Source: a virus
Lineage: Duplodnaviria; Caudoviricetes
IMG/VR virus record: IMGVR_UViG_3300042363_000337
Location: 1-35,473 of that record
Strand: one strand, 5' to 3'
Length of the DNA: 35,473 nt
The notes under the pieces were generated by a model. The model did no database searches, was not told the origin of the DNA, and was given only the letters and a program-made list of their open reading frames with translations. This document shows, one piece after another, positions 8,406 through 16,734 of this stretch. Both the position numbers and the translations under genes were made by a program. Each line of letters opens with the position of its first letter. The first letter of the stretch is position 1.

Positions 8406-10781
8406 TTAGTTCTGCGTGGCCTCGCTCACCTCAAAGTTGACTACAAGGGCGGCAACCGTGAAGGGAACGGGTTGGGTCTGGCGCACATAGAGATCCACCC
8501 CATCGGCCCAATTCGATGAAGCGTATGCCCTCTCGTAGCCATTCAGCACGGGGGGAGAGGAATCCATGTTGTCGGTCAAGACTCGGCTCACCAGAGGGAA
8601 CCAATTCACTCCATCGGTGGAGAGTTCCCCGCCGGTGGACTGATAGACCTTGATATTCATCCTCGGAATCCTCATGCGCCGGCCTTGGCTTGTGCCGTCC
8701 TGTAGGTTGGTGTCCACCCTCTGCGGGACTAGCGTCGAGGTGAAGGGGAGGCCGACAAGCACCCGTGAGGCAGGGATCTGTAAAGTAATCTGTCCACCCA
8801 CTACGGTAGGCTGCGAGACGATCAGCGACCCTACGGCATTGTCAGCCCAGACGGAGACTGCCTTGCCCTCAAGATGTGAAAGACCCGTGATGGTGGCGGT
8901 GGGTGTGCCGAATGTTCGAAGCACCCCGCTATCCACATACCACCAGTTGCTCTTATCTGCGGTGTCCAAGGCATCACGCAATCCGAGCTTGAGTCGTTCG
9001 ACGTAGCGGACTGCTGCCCCGTTGATGGTGCGTCTGACCAGTAGCCAGACTTCATCCTCGGCATTGGTGCCGTTGATCGTGGCGACACTCTCCACCACTC
9101 CATCGGTGATGTGACGGGCGAATCCGACGACTTGCTGTTCACGTTCGTAGGTCATGGAGACCAACTGCCCATCTCCTCTCACGAACCAGAGGATCGCGTC
9201 AGGCACCCTCTGGTAGGCATTCTCAACGATGCCTGTCCGGGTCGTATGCTCGGCTAAAGCGGTGATATCATTGGATACCCAACTCTCCGAGGCCCATGTG
9301 TAGATGAGTTCCCTGATCTTGCGATTCATGCGCTGGATATACAGCACCGTGTCGTTGATGATCTGCGCCCCAAGGCTAGATGACCCGTAGTGGGACTGCT
9401 GGCGCACATTGACATTGGTCGGGGTGATCGGGCGAGTCTGGTCACTCGCCTGCATCGACCACTCGTCAAGGGTCGTGCCAATCAGGAGGGCCGACTTGGA
9501 AACAAGCCATTGGATCTGACCACCCGTGGTGGAGGCCAAGGTGAAGAACCATGAGTCGGCGTCATAGGCTCCCTGCTTGAAGTTCTGGAAGTCGTTGCTG
9601 TAGCTGCCCCAGAGCGAGGAGGGATTGCTTCCTGTGCCGGCATAGATGATGCGACTATCGTGCAGGGCAACTGCGGCGGGGTAGCCTTGGACTGCGGAGA
9701 AAGCTCCCTCCCGCCATTGCGAGGTTGCGGCGGTGCCTCCAAGGGGTTTCAGTACCCGTGCCGTGACGGTGGTCGAGTTGGTGAATCCCGTAATCCTGAC
9801 CAATCCCCGTAGAGTCGGGTCAAGGGGGGTGAGCATGACACGGGGTGCCGTGCTGCTGGTGCCTGCGCTGAACCCGCTGACACGGAGTCGGAAAAGGGTC
9901 TCCACGTTCTCTTCCCCGCTGGAGGTGGCATTGTAGTCGCCATTGCTCCTGTAGGTTCTGACCGTATTCCAAGTCGTGCCGCTATCGGTGGATGCCTGTA
10001 AGTCCACGGTGGCCGTCCATGTGCCGAAGGTCTGGAGACTCCACTTGCCCAGAACGGTGATCGTGCCGCTGGTGGCATTGGTCGAGTCAATGTTCTGGGA
10101 GATGAAGGTCGTCGGGTTGGGATGCGCTAGTTCAAAGTAGCTCCCGACATGACCGGCTTGAAAGATGCCTGTGGATGCGGTCAGGGTGATTGACGTTCCC
10201 GTGGTCGCAGAAGGCGTGAGCGTCGTCGTGCTGGTGTTCTGATCGAGCATCGGCGCCCAATTATTCTTGATGGAGGGATCTCCAAAAGGAACCTCACCAA
10301 TCTGCCAAGAAGTATCTGACAGGCGGCGGAGACGCTGCGGCGGGTAGGAGGGGTGGGAAAGATAGACAAGGTTGTTGATCTGGCAGACTTGGACGGCACG
10401 GAGGTCTGCCTCTTGGTAAGGGTGGACGGGGGCAAGGCCGGTTGTGTTGTTGAGGTAATCGACTTGGACTGCCTCGACGGGAGAACCGCTGGAGGTAATC
10501 AGCGCCCCGTTCTTCCAGAAGCGGATGTAGCCCACCCCCAACTCCATGACGATGTGATTGGTATCGCTGATGTCGAGACCGATCAGCCGGCAACGGGTAG
10601 CCGATGTCTTTGCCGATCCAAGGTACTCTGTGCCTGCGCGACGATTCGCCGGCCCGTAGGGGGTGATGATGAAGTTCTCCAGCGTCTTGCAGGAGTTGCG
10701 GTATTTTTCGAGGTTCGTCCTCGCCTCCAAGTACGGGCTGAACTCGCCAGCGTTGAACGACGAAATTAAGGCGGAAATCAT
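8406..10781 (-). CDS. Tail tubular protein B (nozzle)
   Basis: SFNAGEFSP...ENFIITPYGPANRRAGT N-terminus, GYPAAVALHDSR; TGATG coupling to tubular A. Confidence 0.9.
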   Translation of the reverse strand: MISALISSFNAGEFSPYLEARTNLEKYRNSCKTLENFIITPYGPANRRAGTEYLGSAKTSATRCRLIGLDISDTNHIVMELGVGYIRFWKNGALITSSGSPVEAVQVDYLNNTTGLAPVHPYQEADLRAVQVCQINNLVYLSHPSYPPQRLRRLSDTSWQIGEVPFGDPSIKNNWAPMLDQNTSTTTLTPSATTGTSITLTASTGIFQAGHVGSYFELAHPNPTTFISQNIDSTNATSGTITVLGKWSLQTFGTWTATVDLQASTDSGTTWNTVRTYRSNGDYNATSSGEENVETLFRLRVSGFSAGTSSTAPRVMLTPLDPTLRGLVRITGFTNSTTVTARVLKPLGGTAATSQWREGAFSAVQGYPAAVALHDSRIIYAGTGSNPSSLWGSYSNDFQNFKQGAYDADSWFFTLASTTGGQIQWLVSKSALLIGTTLDEWSMQASDQTRPITPTNVNVRQQSHYGSSSLGAQIINDTVLYIQRMNRKIRELIYTWASESWVSNDITALAEHTTRTGIVENAYQRVPDAILWFVRGDGQLVSMTYEREQQVVGFARHITDGVVESVATINGTNAEDEVWLLVRRTINGAAVRYVERLKLGLRDALDTADKSNWWYVDSGVLRTFGTPTATITGLSHLEGKAVSVWADNAVGSLIVSQPTVVGGQITLQIPASRVLVGLPFTSTLVPQRVDTNLQDGTSQGRRMRIPRMNIKVYQSTGGELSTDGVNWFPLVSRVLTDNMDSSPPVLNGYERAYASSNWADGVDLYVRQTQPVPFTVAALVVNFEVSEATQN

Positions 10782-11371
10782 CAGTAGATGCCGTTGTATC
10801 TGGACTGAACGAGGTCGCTGTTCAACCACATCGGTTTGCGGCGAGGATAGGAATCCTGTGCGTCAATCCTCCGGGCTTCCCCAAGCATCTGCTTGAAGTC
10901 CTGTTCAAGCCTCTGCTTGATGTCCATAGACCCTCCGAGGGGTTTGGCGAGCTTCGCGGCAATGGCAAGCGCCAGTAGCTCCACGAACATCGGGTCAAAG
11001 AGATTTGGGTCAACGGCACTCTTGACGTAGGTAATGTATGCCGTGCTTTCGTCGGTCATCAGCTTGTCGCCAATGATGTCAAACTGGCAGTAAGGCTCGT
11101 TGGCTTGGAAGGCATTGAGCGTCAGGATACGGGCGAAATCAGAGGGCAACTGGTAGGAGTAATCCCAATCAAAGGGGGGAGGCGTCGAAAGCTGGGCAAG
11201 CTGGGTCATCCCCACGGCCCAATTCCAGTCGTGCATCCGAAGAAGAGAGGCAAGCGTGGTCGAGTAGTGCAGCTTGCAGAACCGAGCTTCAATGCTCGGA
11301 TCATCCAACGACATGATCATCTGATCGCCAATTTTCGAGAGGGCAAGGTTGCAGATGGTCGTGGAATCCAT
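10781..11371 (-). CDS. Tail tubular protein A (adaptor)
   Basis: ICNLALSKIG...HDWNWA...YQLPSDF; follows the capsid gene. Confidence 0.9.
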   Translation of the reverse strand: MDSTTICNLALSKIGDQMIMSLDDPSIEARFCKLHYSTTLASLLRMHDWNWAVGMTQLAQLSTPPPFDWDYSYQLPSDFARILTLNAFQANEPYCQFDIIGDKLMTDESTAYITYVKSAVDPNLFDPMFVELLALAIAAKLAKPLGGSMDIKQRLEQDFKQMLGEARRIDAQDSYPRRKPMWLNSDLVQSRYNGIY

Positions 11372-11387
11372 TGTCTTTTTAGAGTTG

Positions 11388-11430
11388 TAAAAGAAAGGGG
11401 TGAGGCCGCCTTTAGTGCAGCCCCACCCCC
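11388..11430 (-). terminator. Intrinsic terminator after major capsid gene
   Basis: GGGGTGGGGCTGC-ACTAAAG-GCGGCCTCACCCC followed by TTTCTTTT. Confidence 0.8.
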
Positions 11431-11443
11431 GACTTGTGATTAC

Positions 11444-12364
11444 TTACTTGGTGGTGTCAGCCAGGATGCTCACGACGCCGTTCTCAAGGAGACGGGTCGC
11501 ACCGAGAACCGCTGTGCTGCGGATCTGGAGGGCATGGGACTGGGTGGGCAGAACGTCCATGTAGGACTTCTTGCCGCCATCCACGACGACTGCCGCATTC
11601 TTGTGGTAGGCCACGCAAGTGCGGACATTCGAGGCGACTCCAAGCTGCTCGGAGCGAACCACCTTGAAGCCGAGGAACTGGTCCACATCGCCGTCCACAA
11701 GGGCGCGGACGCTGTTGAACAGATTGCTCGTGACCTCGGTGGTGCCGAGAAGATCGCTGATCTCCTTGGCGCTCACGATGAGAACGCGATCCTCTGCGGG
11801 GGCTTCGTTCGCATCAAGGATGCGCTTGGCCTCGCGGAGCTTGCCGATGGTGAGACCGCTGTTGGTAGCGGTTCCGCCGGCAGGGACGTAGTTCACGGCG
11901 ACCTGCTGTCCTGCGGGGAGGGCAACGGTGGTCGTGGTGTTGTTCAGACCAAACCCAGCGGAGGTGTTGGCTGTGTTGGTGATCGTCGCGGATGCGGTGA
12001 GGGCATCAATGAGGATCTTGTCCACCAGACGACCGTAGGCTGCGGCCTGCGACTGCATGCACTCCGAGGTGGGCAGGACAACGCTTCCGAGGAAGAGGTT
12101 GTCGAACTCGCTGAAGCGATTGGCGATGTCGAAGGGGACGGGGTAGGCCCAACGGGTCGGAAGGTCGCTGTTTGCCGTAGGGGTTGTGGCATTGCGGGTC
12201 GTGACCTGGGACATGGAGGCGAGTCCATACTGGTTGAAACGGACGGCGGCGCCATTCGCGGAGACGAACTTGGTCTTCTCCTTGAGGCGGCTCTCCATCT
12301 GTTGCAGCAGGTGCTGCCAGTTGGTCTCGTACTGGATAACGTAGTGATCGGGGATCTGAAGCAT
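11444..12364 (-). CDS. Major capsid protein
   Basis: LLQQMESRL, AAAYGRLVDKILIDA, ALVDGDVDQFLGFK, GATRL motifs of podovirus-type capsids. Confidence 0.92.
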   Translation of the reverse strand: MLQIPDHYVIQYETNWQHLLQQMESRLKEKTKFVSANGAAVRFNQYGLASMSQVTTRNATTPTANSDLPTRWAYPVPFDIANRFSEFDNLFLGSVVLPTSECMQSQAAAYGRLVDKILIDALTASATITNTANTSAGFGLNNTTTTVALPAGQQVAVNYVPAGGTATNSGLTIGKLREAKRILDANEAPAEDRVLIVSAKEISDLLGTTEVTSNLFNSVRALVDGDVDQFLGFKVVRSEQLGVASNVRTCVAYHKNAAVVVDGGKKSYMDVLPTQSHALQIRSTAVLGATRLLENGVVSILADTTK

Positions 12365-12495
12365 AATGTTAGGGTGTTGAGTAGGGTTTTACTTGCATCC
12401 GATCAAATGGTTGCCTCTTTCGAGACCACTTAACATCGGGGATGTCCACTCTACTCGGATCTGCTACTGGCAATCGCCAGAGAGGTTGTCCCTCA
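12365..12495 (-). promoter_or_regulatory. Structured 5' leader of the capsid gene
   Basis: Three GG(A)CA(A/T)CC motifs, a GAAA-tetraloop hairpin and GAGTAG/CTACTC pairing; upstream TTGACG at 12534-12539. Confidence 0.5.
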
Positions 12496-12559
12496 AGTTG
12501 ACAATTTAACCACCTAACATCCCTCACCTAACCCGTCAACGATAATTCGCACAAAAAGA

Positions 12560-12587
12560 TTGCGGTTTCTGAGATGATTTGTAGAGT
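12560..12587 (+). promoter_or_regulatory. Sigma70-like promoter for the plus-strand ncRNA
   Basis: TTGCGG-N16-TAGAGT, 7 nt before the first stem at 12595. Confidence 0.5.
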
Positions 12588-12594
12588 CCTACTT

Positions 12595-12905
12595 GGAATC
12601 AGGCGAAGCCCGTAACACGGACAAGCATGGTTCATTATCTCGCCTACCAAAGAGGGCTTCATGCTCCGTGTAGGAGGAGTTACGGGATCGCCTCGGCGGT
12701 TCCAGCGCGGGAGTCGGTGCCGTATGGCATTCCTATCCCAGCATAAATCGGGGGAGGCAATGAGGGGCGAAACTGGTTGGCTTTTCGGCCATATCGGGAG
12801 TAGTAGCGACCTGATCCTCCTCCGACCATTTTTGTCGGATGATCTAAAGGGGGCAAGATCCTTCCCAATGGAGGGTATGGGGGTTCAAATCCCCCTCCGA
12901 CTTAC
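12595..12905 (+). ncRNA. Large structured RNA: ~110 nt rod plus multibranch domain ending in a tRNA-like T-arm
   Basis: Nested stems GGAATC/GGTTCC, AGGCGA/TCGCCT, CCCGTAAC/GTTACGGG, ACGGA/TCCGT, AGCATG/CATGCT; GAGTCGG/CCGACTT closes several hairpins and GGGGG-TTCAAAT-CCCCC. Confidence 0.65.
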
Positions 12906-12922
12906 ACATTTGCCGCCTGCCA

Positions 12923-13241
12923 ATCTTTAACAACTCTGTTAGCTGTTAAAGATACCGATGCGTTTCTTTAACAAGTAAGGTTTCCTATAGGAGACATTAA
13001 GGCCGGCAATGGGAGCTATAGCTGACATTACCTAGTCAAGTTACTATTCAAAAATAGTATAAGCCGCTTACTACCAATGAGTAGTGCGCAAGCAAGAGTA
13101 TTCGATGGTTCGCATTTAATAGGAACTGGGTCGGAACTGGGTCGTGGGTTTTTCCTAGCGTTTCTCCTAGCGTTTCTCCTGCACTATGCCGGCGTCTGTC
13201 CTTCCGAAAGGGACGCATTGCAAGAATTGTGTCCTCCGCAA
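12923..13241. repeat. Array of heterogeneous operator-like inverted and tandem repeats
   Basis: About ten adjacent 16-35 bp units, e.g. ATCTTTAACA-N11-TGTTAAAGAT, TACTATT-N4-AATAGTA, (GGAACTGGGTC)x2, (GTTTYTCCTAGC)x~3. Confidence 0.7.
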
Positions 13242-13276
13242 AAGCAAAACCCCCACCAGTTTCCCGGTGAGGGCTT
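13238..13276 (-). terminator. Intrinsic terminator after the SSB-like gene
   Basis: GCCCTCACCGG-GAAA-CTGGTGGGGGT then TTTGCTTTT. Confidence 0.75.
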
Positions 13277-13299
13277 CTTGCGTCCAACCAAGCTAAAGA

Positions 13300-13620
13300 T
13301 CAGAACGGGATGGAATCTCCATCTTCTTCATACTGCTTCTGGTAGCCGTTGGCCTTGGCCTTGTTGTGAGCGACCAGAGCAGGCGATGGAGGGTAGTCAT
13401 CACGCCTTGGGGAGTTGGCATAGCTTCCTCCTGCCGGCTTGTCGGTGATGGAGATAGTCAGCATCTCCTTGCCCGACTTGCTCATCTTTTCCCATGCGGC
13501 GATCTGGTACTCGATGCCTCCGAGGGTCATCTTGCCCGACCACTTGGGGGCTTTCGGGTTCTCGCTTCCCTTGAGGAAGAGGACGCCCTTGCGCTCGTTG
13601 TCGTAGGGTTGATTATCCAT
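13300..13620 (-). CDS. Single-stranded DNA-binding protein (DUF736-like)
   Basis: GVLF...KAPKWSG...IAAW...SGK...LTISI core and acidic DGDSIPF tail. Confidence 0.75.
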   Translation of the reverse strand: MDNQPYDNERKGVLFLKGSENPKAPKWSGKMTLGGIEYQIAAWEKMSKSGKEMLTISITDKPAGGSYANSPRRDDYPPSPALVAHNKAKANGYQKQYEEDGDSIPF

Positions 13621-14521
13621 TTTTCAGAAGGTCTGCGACCAGGGTTGCGGTTTCCTTGTCTCCCGACTTGTAACGGGTGTAGAGGGAGTTTTGTGGGTTG
13701 GTCATAATGTCCATCGCACGGGCCTTGCCTGCCATCATGGTTCCTGCTGTGTCCGAGTTCACGATCTTGTCGTCACTCATCATGCGAGCGAGTCGGTTGA
13801 ATGCGAGGACGACAGAGGGATCAGAGAACCCCTTGCTGTTGACATCGACGCCTGCGACTTGGGCGGCTCGACGGGCAACCGATAGCTCCACATCGTACTT
13901 GTCGCCCCATGCTTCAGCGAGAGTCTTGCGGCCTGCTTCCATCTCGGCTTTCTGCTGGGAGGCTGCGGCTTCGGCCTTCTGCGCTTCAAATGCCGCATAG
14001 CGGGACATGAGGGCGTCCATCTGCTTCGGGGTGATCCCGTTCTGGTGAGCGAGGGTGTTGAACTCCTTGGCAATGTTGTCGTCCCACTCGTAGCCGGCAG
14101 GGAGATCCTTCGGGCGGAGTTGGTATGCTTCGGGTGATTCGGGCACTCCGAGCTTCTTGAGGAATGCGGCCTTCTCTTCGGGAGTGGCCTTCTCGTCAGG
14201 GATCAGGATGGCATCGGCTTTCTTGCCCAGCATTTTCTGCTGCGAAACAAGGGTCTTGAGCGCCCCGTCAATGTCCTTGAATTGACCGAGGATCTGCTTG
14301 TGTTCGGCAAGTTCCTTGGGGAGCCGGTCAAGCCACCCTTCGGAGAACTCACCCTTGTCGTTGACCCAAGGCGAATTAGAGGCGGGTGCCTCTGGTGCCG
14401 GGGTCGAGAGGAGGTTATCACCTACAGGGGTAGGGGTGCTAGGGGGCGGGGTGTTAGCCTGCTGACTCAAGAGGGCGTTTCCGTCCACGGGGTCTGCGGC
14501 AATGGCGTCAGATGTTATCAT
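13613..14521 (-). CDS. Capsid scaffolding protein
   Basis: KLGVPESPEAY, AHQNGITPKQ, LAEAWGDKYD; between portal and capsid. Confidence 0.85.
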   Translation of the reverse strand: MITSDAIAADPVDGNALLSQQANTPPPSTPTPVGDNLLSTPAPEAPASNSPWVNDKGEFSEGWLDRLPKELAEHKQILGQFKDIDGALKTLVSQQKMLGKKADAILIPDEKATPEEKAAFLKKLGVPESPEAYQLRPKDLPAGYEWDDNIAKEFNTLAHQNGITPKQMDALMSRYAAFEAQKAEAAASQQKAEMEAGRKTLAEAWGDKYDVELSVARRAAQVAGVDVNSKGFSDPSVVLAFNRLARMMSDDKIVNSDTAGTMMAGKARAMDIMTNPQNSLYTRYKSGDKETATLVADLLKNG

Positions 14522-14713
14522 TTAGTCGATTTGATGGGTTGTTGGGTAGTCGGTCGGGATGCGTTCGGAATATCTTTCAATGAACTCCTCGCGGGAGTGC
14601 GTCTGCTTGAACCAGAGGACGTATTCGGGTGTCAGGTCTCCCAGTAGGGGGGATTGCTCTGGTTCTGGAAGGTCAGTCTCGTTTGGTGTCGGGTTTTTTC
14701 GTGGTCTCGCCAT
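14522..14713 (-). CDS. Small hypothetical protein
   Basis: Tightly packed ORF in the head module. Confidence 0.6.
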   Translation of the reverse strand: MARPRKNPTPNETDLPEPEQSPLLGDLTPEYVLWFKQTHSREEFIERYSERIPTDYPTTHQID

Positions 14714-14948
14714 TGTTGTGTTTGGTTGCGACGGCCCTCATGTGGAGGAGAACGCTCCTCTGACCATCGCGGATAGCTGCGTGAATTGGGTCGTATGCCC
14801 TATCGCCTTGGGGAAGGAAGGCCGGCACATTGATGCCAAAGGCTTTCTCAAGGTCGGAGATGACCAGTTTGCCGGGGTCGGTCTCAAAATAACCGTAGGC
14901 GGCGGCAATGCGTTGGATTTCTAGGTCTCTGTCAGTAAGTGTCGGCAT
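14673..14948 (-). CDS. Bbp19-like head-module protein
   Basis: FETDPGKLVISDL...AIRDGQRSVLLH; directly downstream of portal. Confidence 0.7.
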   Translation of the reverse strand: MPTLTDRDLEIQRIAAAYGYFETDPGKLVISDLEKAFGINVPAFLPQGDRAYDPIHAAIRDGQRSVLLHMRAVATKHNNGETTKKPDTKRD

Positions 14949-14970
14949 GGTCGGAATGGTTTTGGGGTCG

Positions 14971-16728
14971 TTACATCATGGCTCCCATTTGGGCTTGGAC
15001 TCCTTGGACAAGGGCGGAGTCACCACGGATACCTCCCACCTTGGCGGCGACTTCTGCGGCGTGTTGTTGGGCCTGCATCTCCTGCATCTGCTGCTGGGCC
15101 TGCACCCTCTGCTGGCGCATCTGGGCAACTTGTTCCTGCGGTCGGAGGTATTCGCTATCCATGCCAGAGGCCAAGGCGCTCTCCCTGACCATCTTATCGG
15201 TGTCGAAGTTGTCGAACACGGAAGGGTCTTGGGTCACAGAGGCAAGTGCCGCTGCCCTCTGCACCGTGGCATCGGTTGCGCCTTGCTCCATGTTCTTCAC
15301 GGCAAGGGCAATGCGTGAGTTGAAGTTGACCTTGGGTTCGGGGATGAAGAGTTCCCCCGTTGGCCCTTGTTGAATGAGGGCTTCCGGGGGTGGGGGGAAT
15401 GCACCGTTCCTTGCCAAGATGCCGTAGACCCGCTGAAGGAGAGGGGTAAGCAGTTCGGTCGTGAGACGGGAGAAGGTGGGCGAGAACTGGGCAAGGCGCT
15501 CGGCATTACGGGCGTTGACTTCCGTTGCTGTCATGCGATTCGGTGCCGCTGACTCCTCGGCGCTAAACATTTGGAAGAGGGGAACGCTGAAGGCTTCCTT
15601 GATGTCGTTCTGCTTCTGTGCGACACGCTCAAGACCGATGTCATAGCGTCCCTGCGTAGCCCATTCGATAGGACGGGCATTGGGATCTGCTGCGTTGAAG
15701 TAGGTCACTCCGCCGGCTCGGAGGTCGATGGAAGACTCCAAGGAATCGGGAGCGAGAATGCGTGGGAAGGCGGCAAGCTCTGCCAAGGCATCCATTTGTT
15801 TCTGGAGGAAGTTGAGTTGACGAAGGTCAGGCATGGCGACCCATGAGGGAGACCATCCGTAGGCACTCTTCTGCCATTTGAGGTAACGGGTAGCCATGAA
15901 GGGCAACTCGTCATATCCAGACTCGCGGAGAACGTGCTTGCTCTTCTCCTCGACATAGCAGGATGCGATAGGCTTGTTCGGCCCGTCATATTTCTTCTTG
16001 TCACGCTTGCCTTCCTCGCGTGGATAGACTCCGTGGATGATGTGCCACTTCTCGTCCATGCCCTTGCCGTTGGCATCGTTGTAGCACTTGCGGACGGCAT
16101 CGCTGACGTTCTCAATCCCGAACTGCTGGACAATCTGGCGGGTGGTCATCTCCATGCGCCTAAAGAGAGTGTCCACATATCCCTCGTAGTTCTCGCTGAT
16201 GCAGAAGGTACCGACATCGACGTTGGTGAAGGTCAGGGGCAGCTTTTCACCGGGTTCCACAAAGAGGACTGCGGTGCCGAAGCACCCCCTATCCAAATAC
16301 AATTCATGGATCGCCTGGTGGAAGTTGGAGCGAGCAAGCGTCTCCATGACGATTTCCGTCACCTCGGCGAAGTATTCCTGCACACCGTCCCCGTCCTCGA
16401 TCTCGCTAGGAGCATCAAAGGAACACCAGCGGCTATCAGCCGGCGTGATGTAGCTCATACACCCTGCGGCAAGGACTTGGTTGGCGCGGACTCCCGTGGA
16501 ATCGTAAAGACGGGCCTCGCGTTCGCTGTTGGGGGTGACGGTCGTCGAGAGGATGTAGCTCTTGCGGGGCATGACTAGCTCCGCAATCTGCTGCCATTGG
16601 GACATCCAGTAGTTGCGATCCGCCTCCAGCTTGCTCCAACGGGAGACGATCCCGGCGGCAAGCTCACTCTTGCTGTTCTCTTTTTTGGGAACAGCTAACT
16701 CGGCAACGGCATCGGATGTCTTCGCCAT
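14971..16728 (-). CDS. Portal (head-tail connector) protein
   Basis: LYDSTG, SNFHQAIHELYLD..FGTA, MTATEV..RN motifs; 585 aa. Confidence 0.95.
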   Translation of the reverse strand: MAKTSDAVAELAVPKKENSKSELAAGIVSRWSKLEADRNYWMSQWQQIAELVMPRKSYILSTTVTPNSEREARLYDSTGVRANQVLAAGCMSYITPADSRWCSFDAPSEIEDGDGVQEYFAEVTEIVMETLARSNFHQAIHELYLDRGCFGTAVLFVEPGEKLPLTFTNVDVGTFCISENYEGYVDTLFRRMEMTTRQIVQQFGIENVSDAVRKCYNDANGKGMDEKWHIIHGVYPREEGKRDKKKYDGPNKPIASCYVEEKSKHVLRESGYDELPFMATRYLKWQKSAYGWSPSWVAMPDLRQLNFLQKQMDALAELAAFPRILAPDSLESSIDLRAGGVTYFNAADPNARPIEWATQGRYDIGLERVAQKQNDIKEAFSVPLFQMFSAEESAAPNRMTATEVNARNAERLAQFSPTFSRLTTELLTPLLQRVYGILARNGAFPPPPEALIQQGPTGELFIPEPKVNFNSRIALAVKNMEQGATDATVQRAAALASVTQDPSVFDNFDTDKMVRESALASGMDSEYLRPQEQVAQMRQQRVQAQQQMQEMQAQQHAAEVAAKVGGIRGDSALVQGVQAQMGAMM

Positions 16729-16734
16729 GCGTGA

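Noticed and set aside
11105-12433. 442 aa plus-strand ORF and other long antisense ORFs (e.g. 2124-2702, 6892-7602, 15934-16578)
   Set aside because: Antisense shadows of clear minus-strand genes, expected from GC-rich codon bias.
12755-12830. Hammerhead or HDV-like ribozyme (ATGAG...CGAAAC; TCCTCC)
   Set aside because: CUGANGA core is absent and I could not build the HDV nested pseudoknot.
12711-12905. Canonical tRNA or tmRNA
   Set aside because: T-arm is present, but there is no standard D/anticodon arm, ~165 nt of extra hairpins, no CCA and no tmRNA-type acceptor ends; kept as an unclassified ncRNA.
12923-13241. CRISPR or mini-CRISPR array
   Set aside because: No constant repeat alternating with spacers; the units differ from each other.
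12661-13448. ORFs 12661-12930, 12680-12868, 13048-13287 and 13077-13448
   Set aside because: No recognisable protein features; they overlap RNA stems, palindromes and a terminator.
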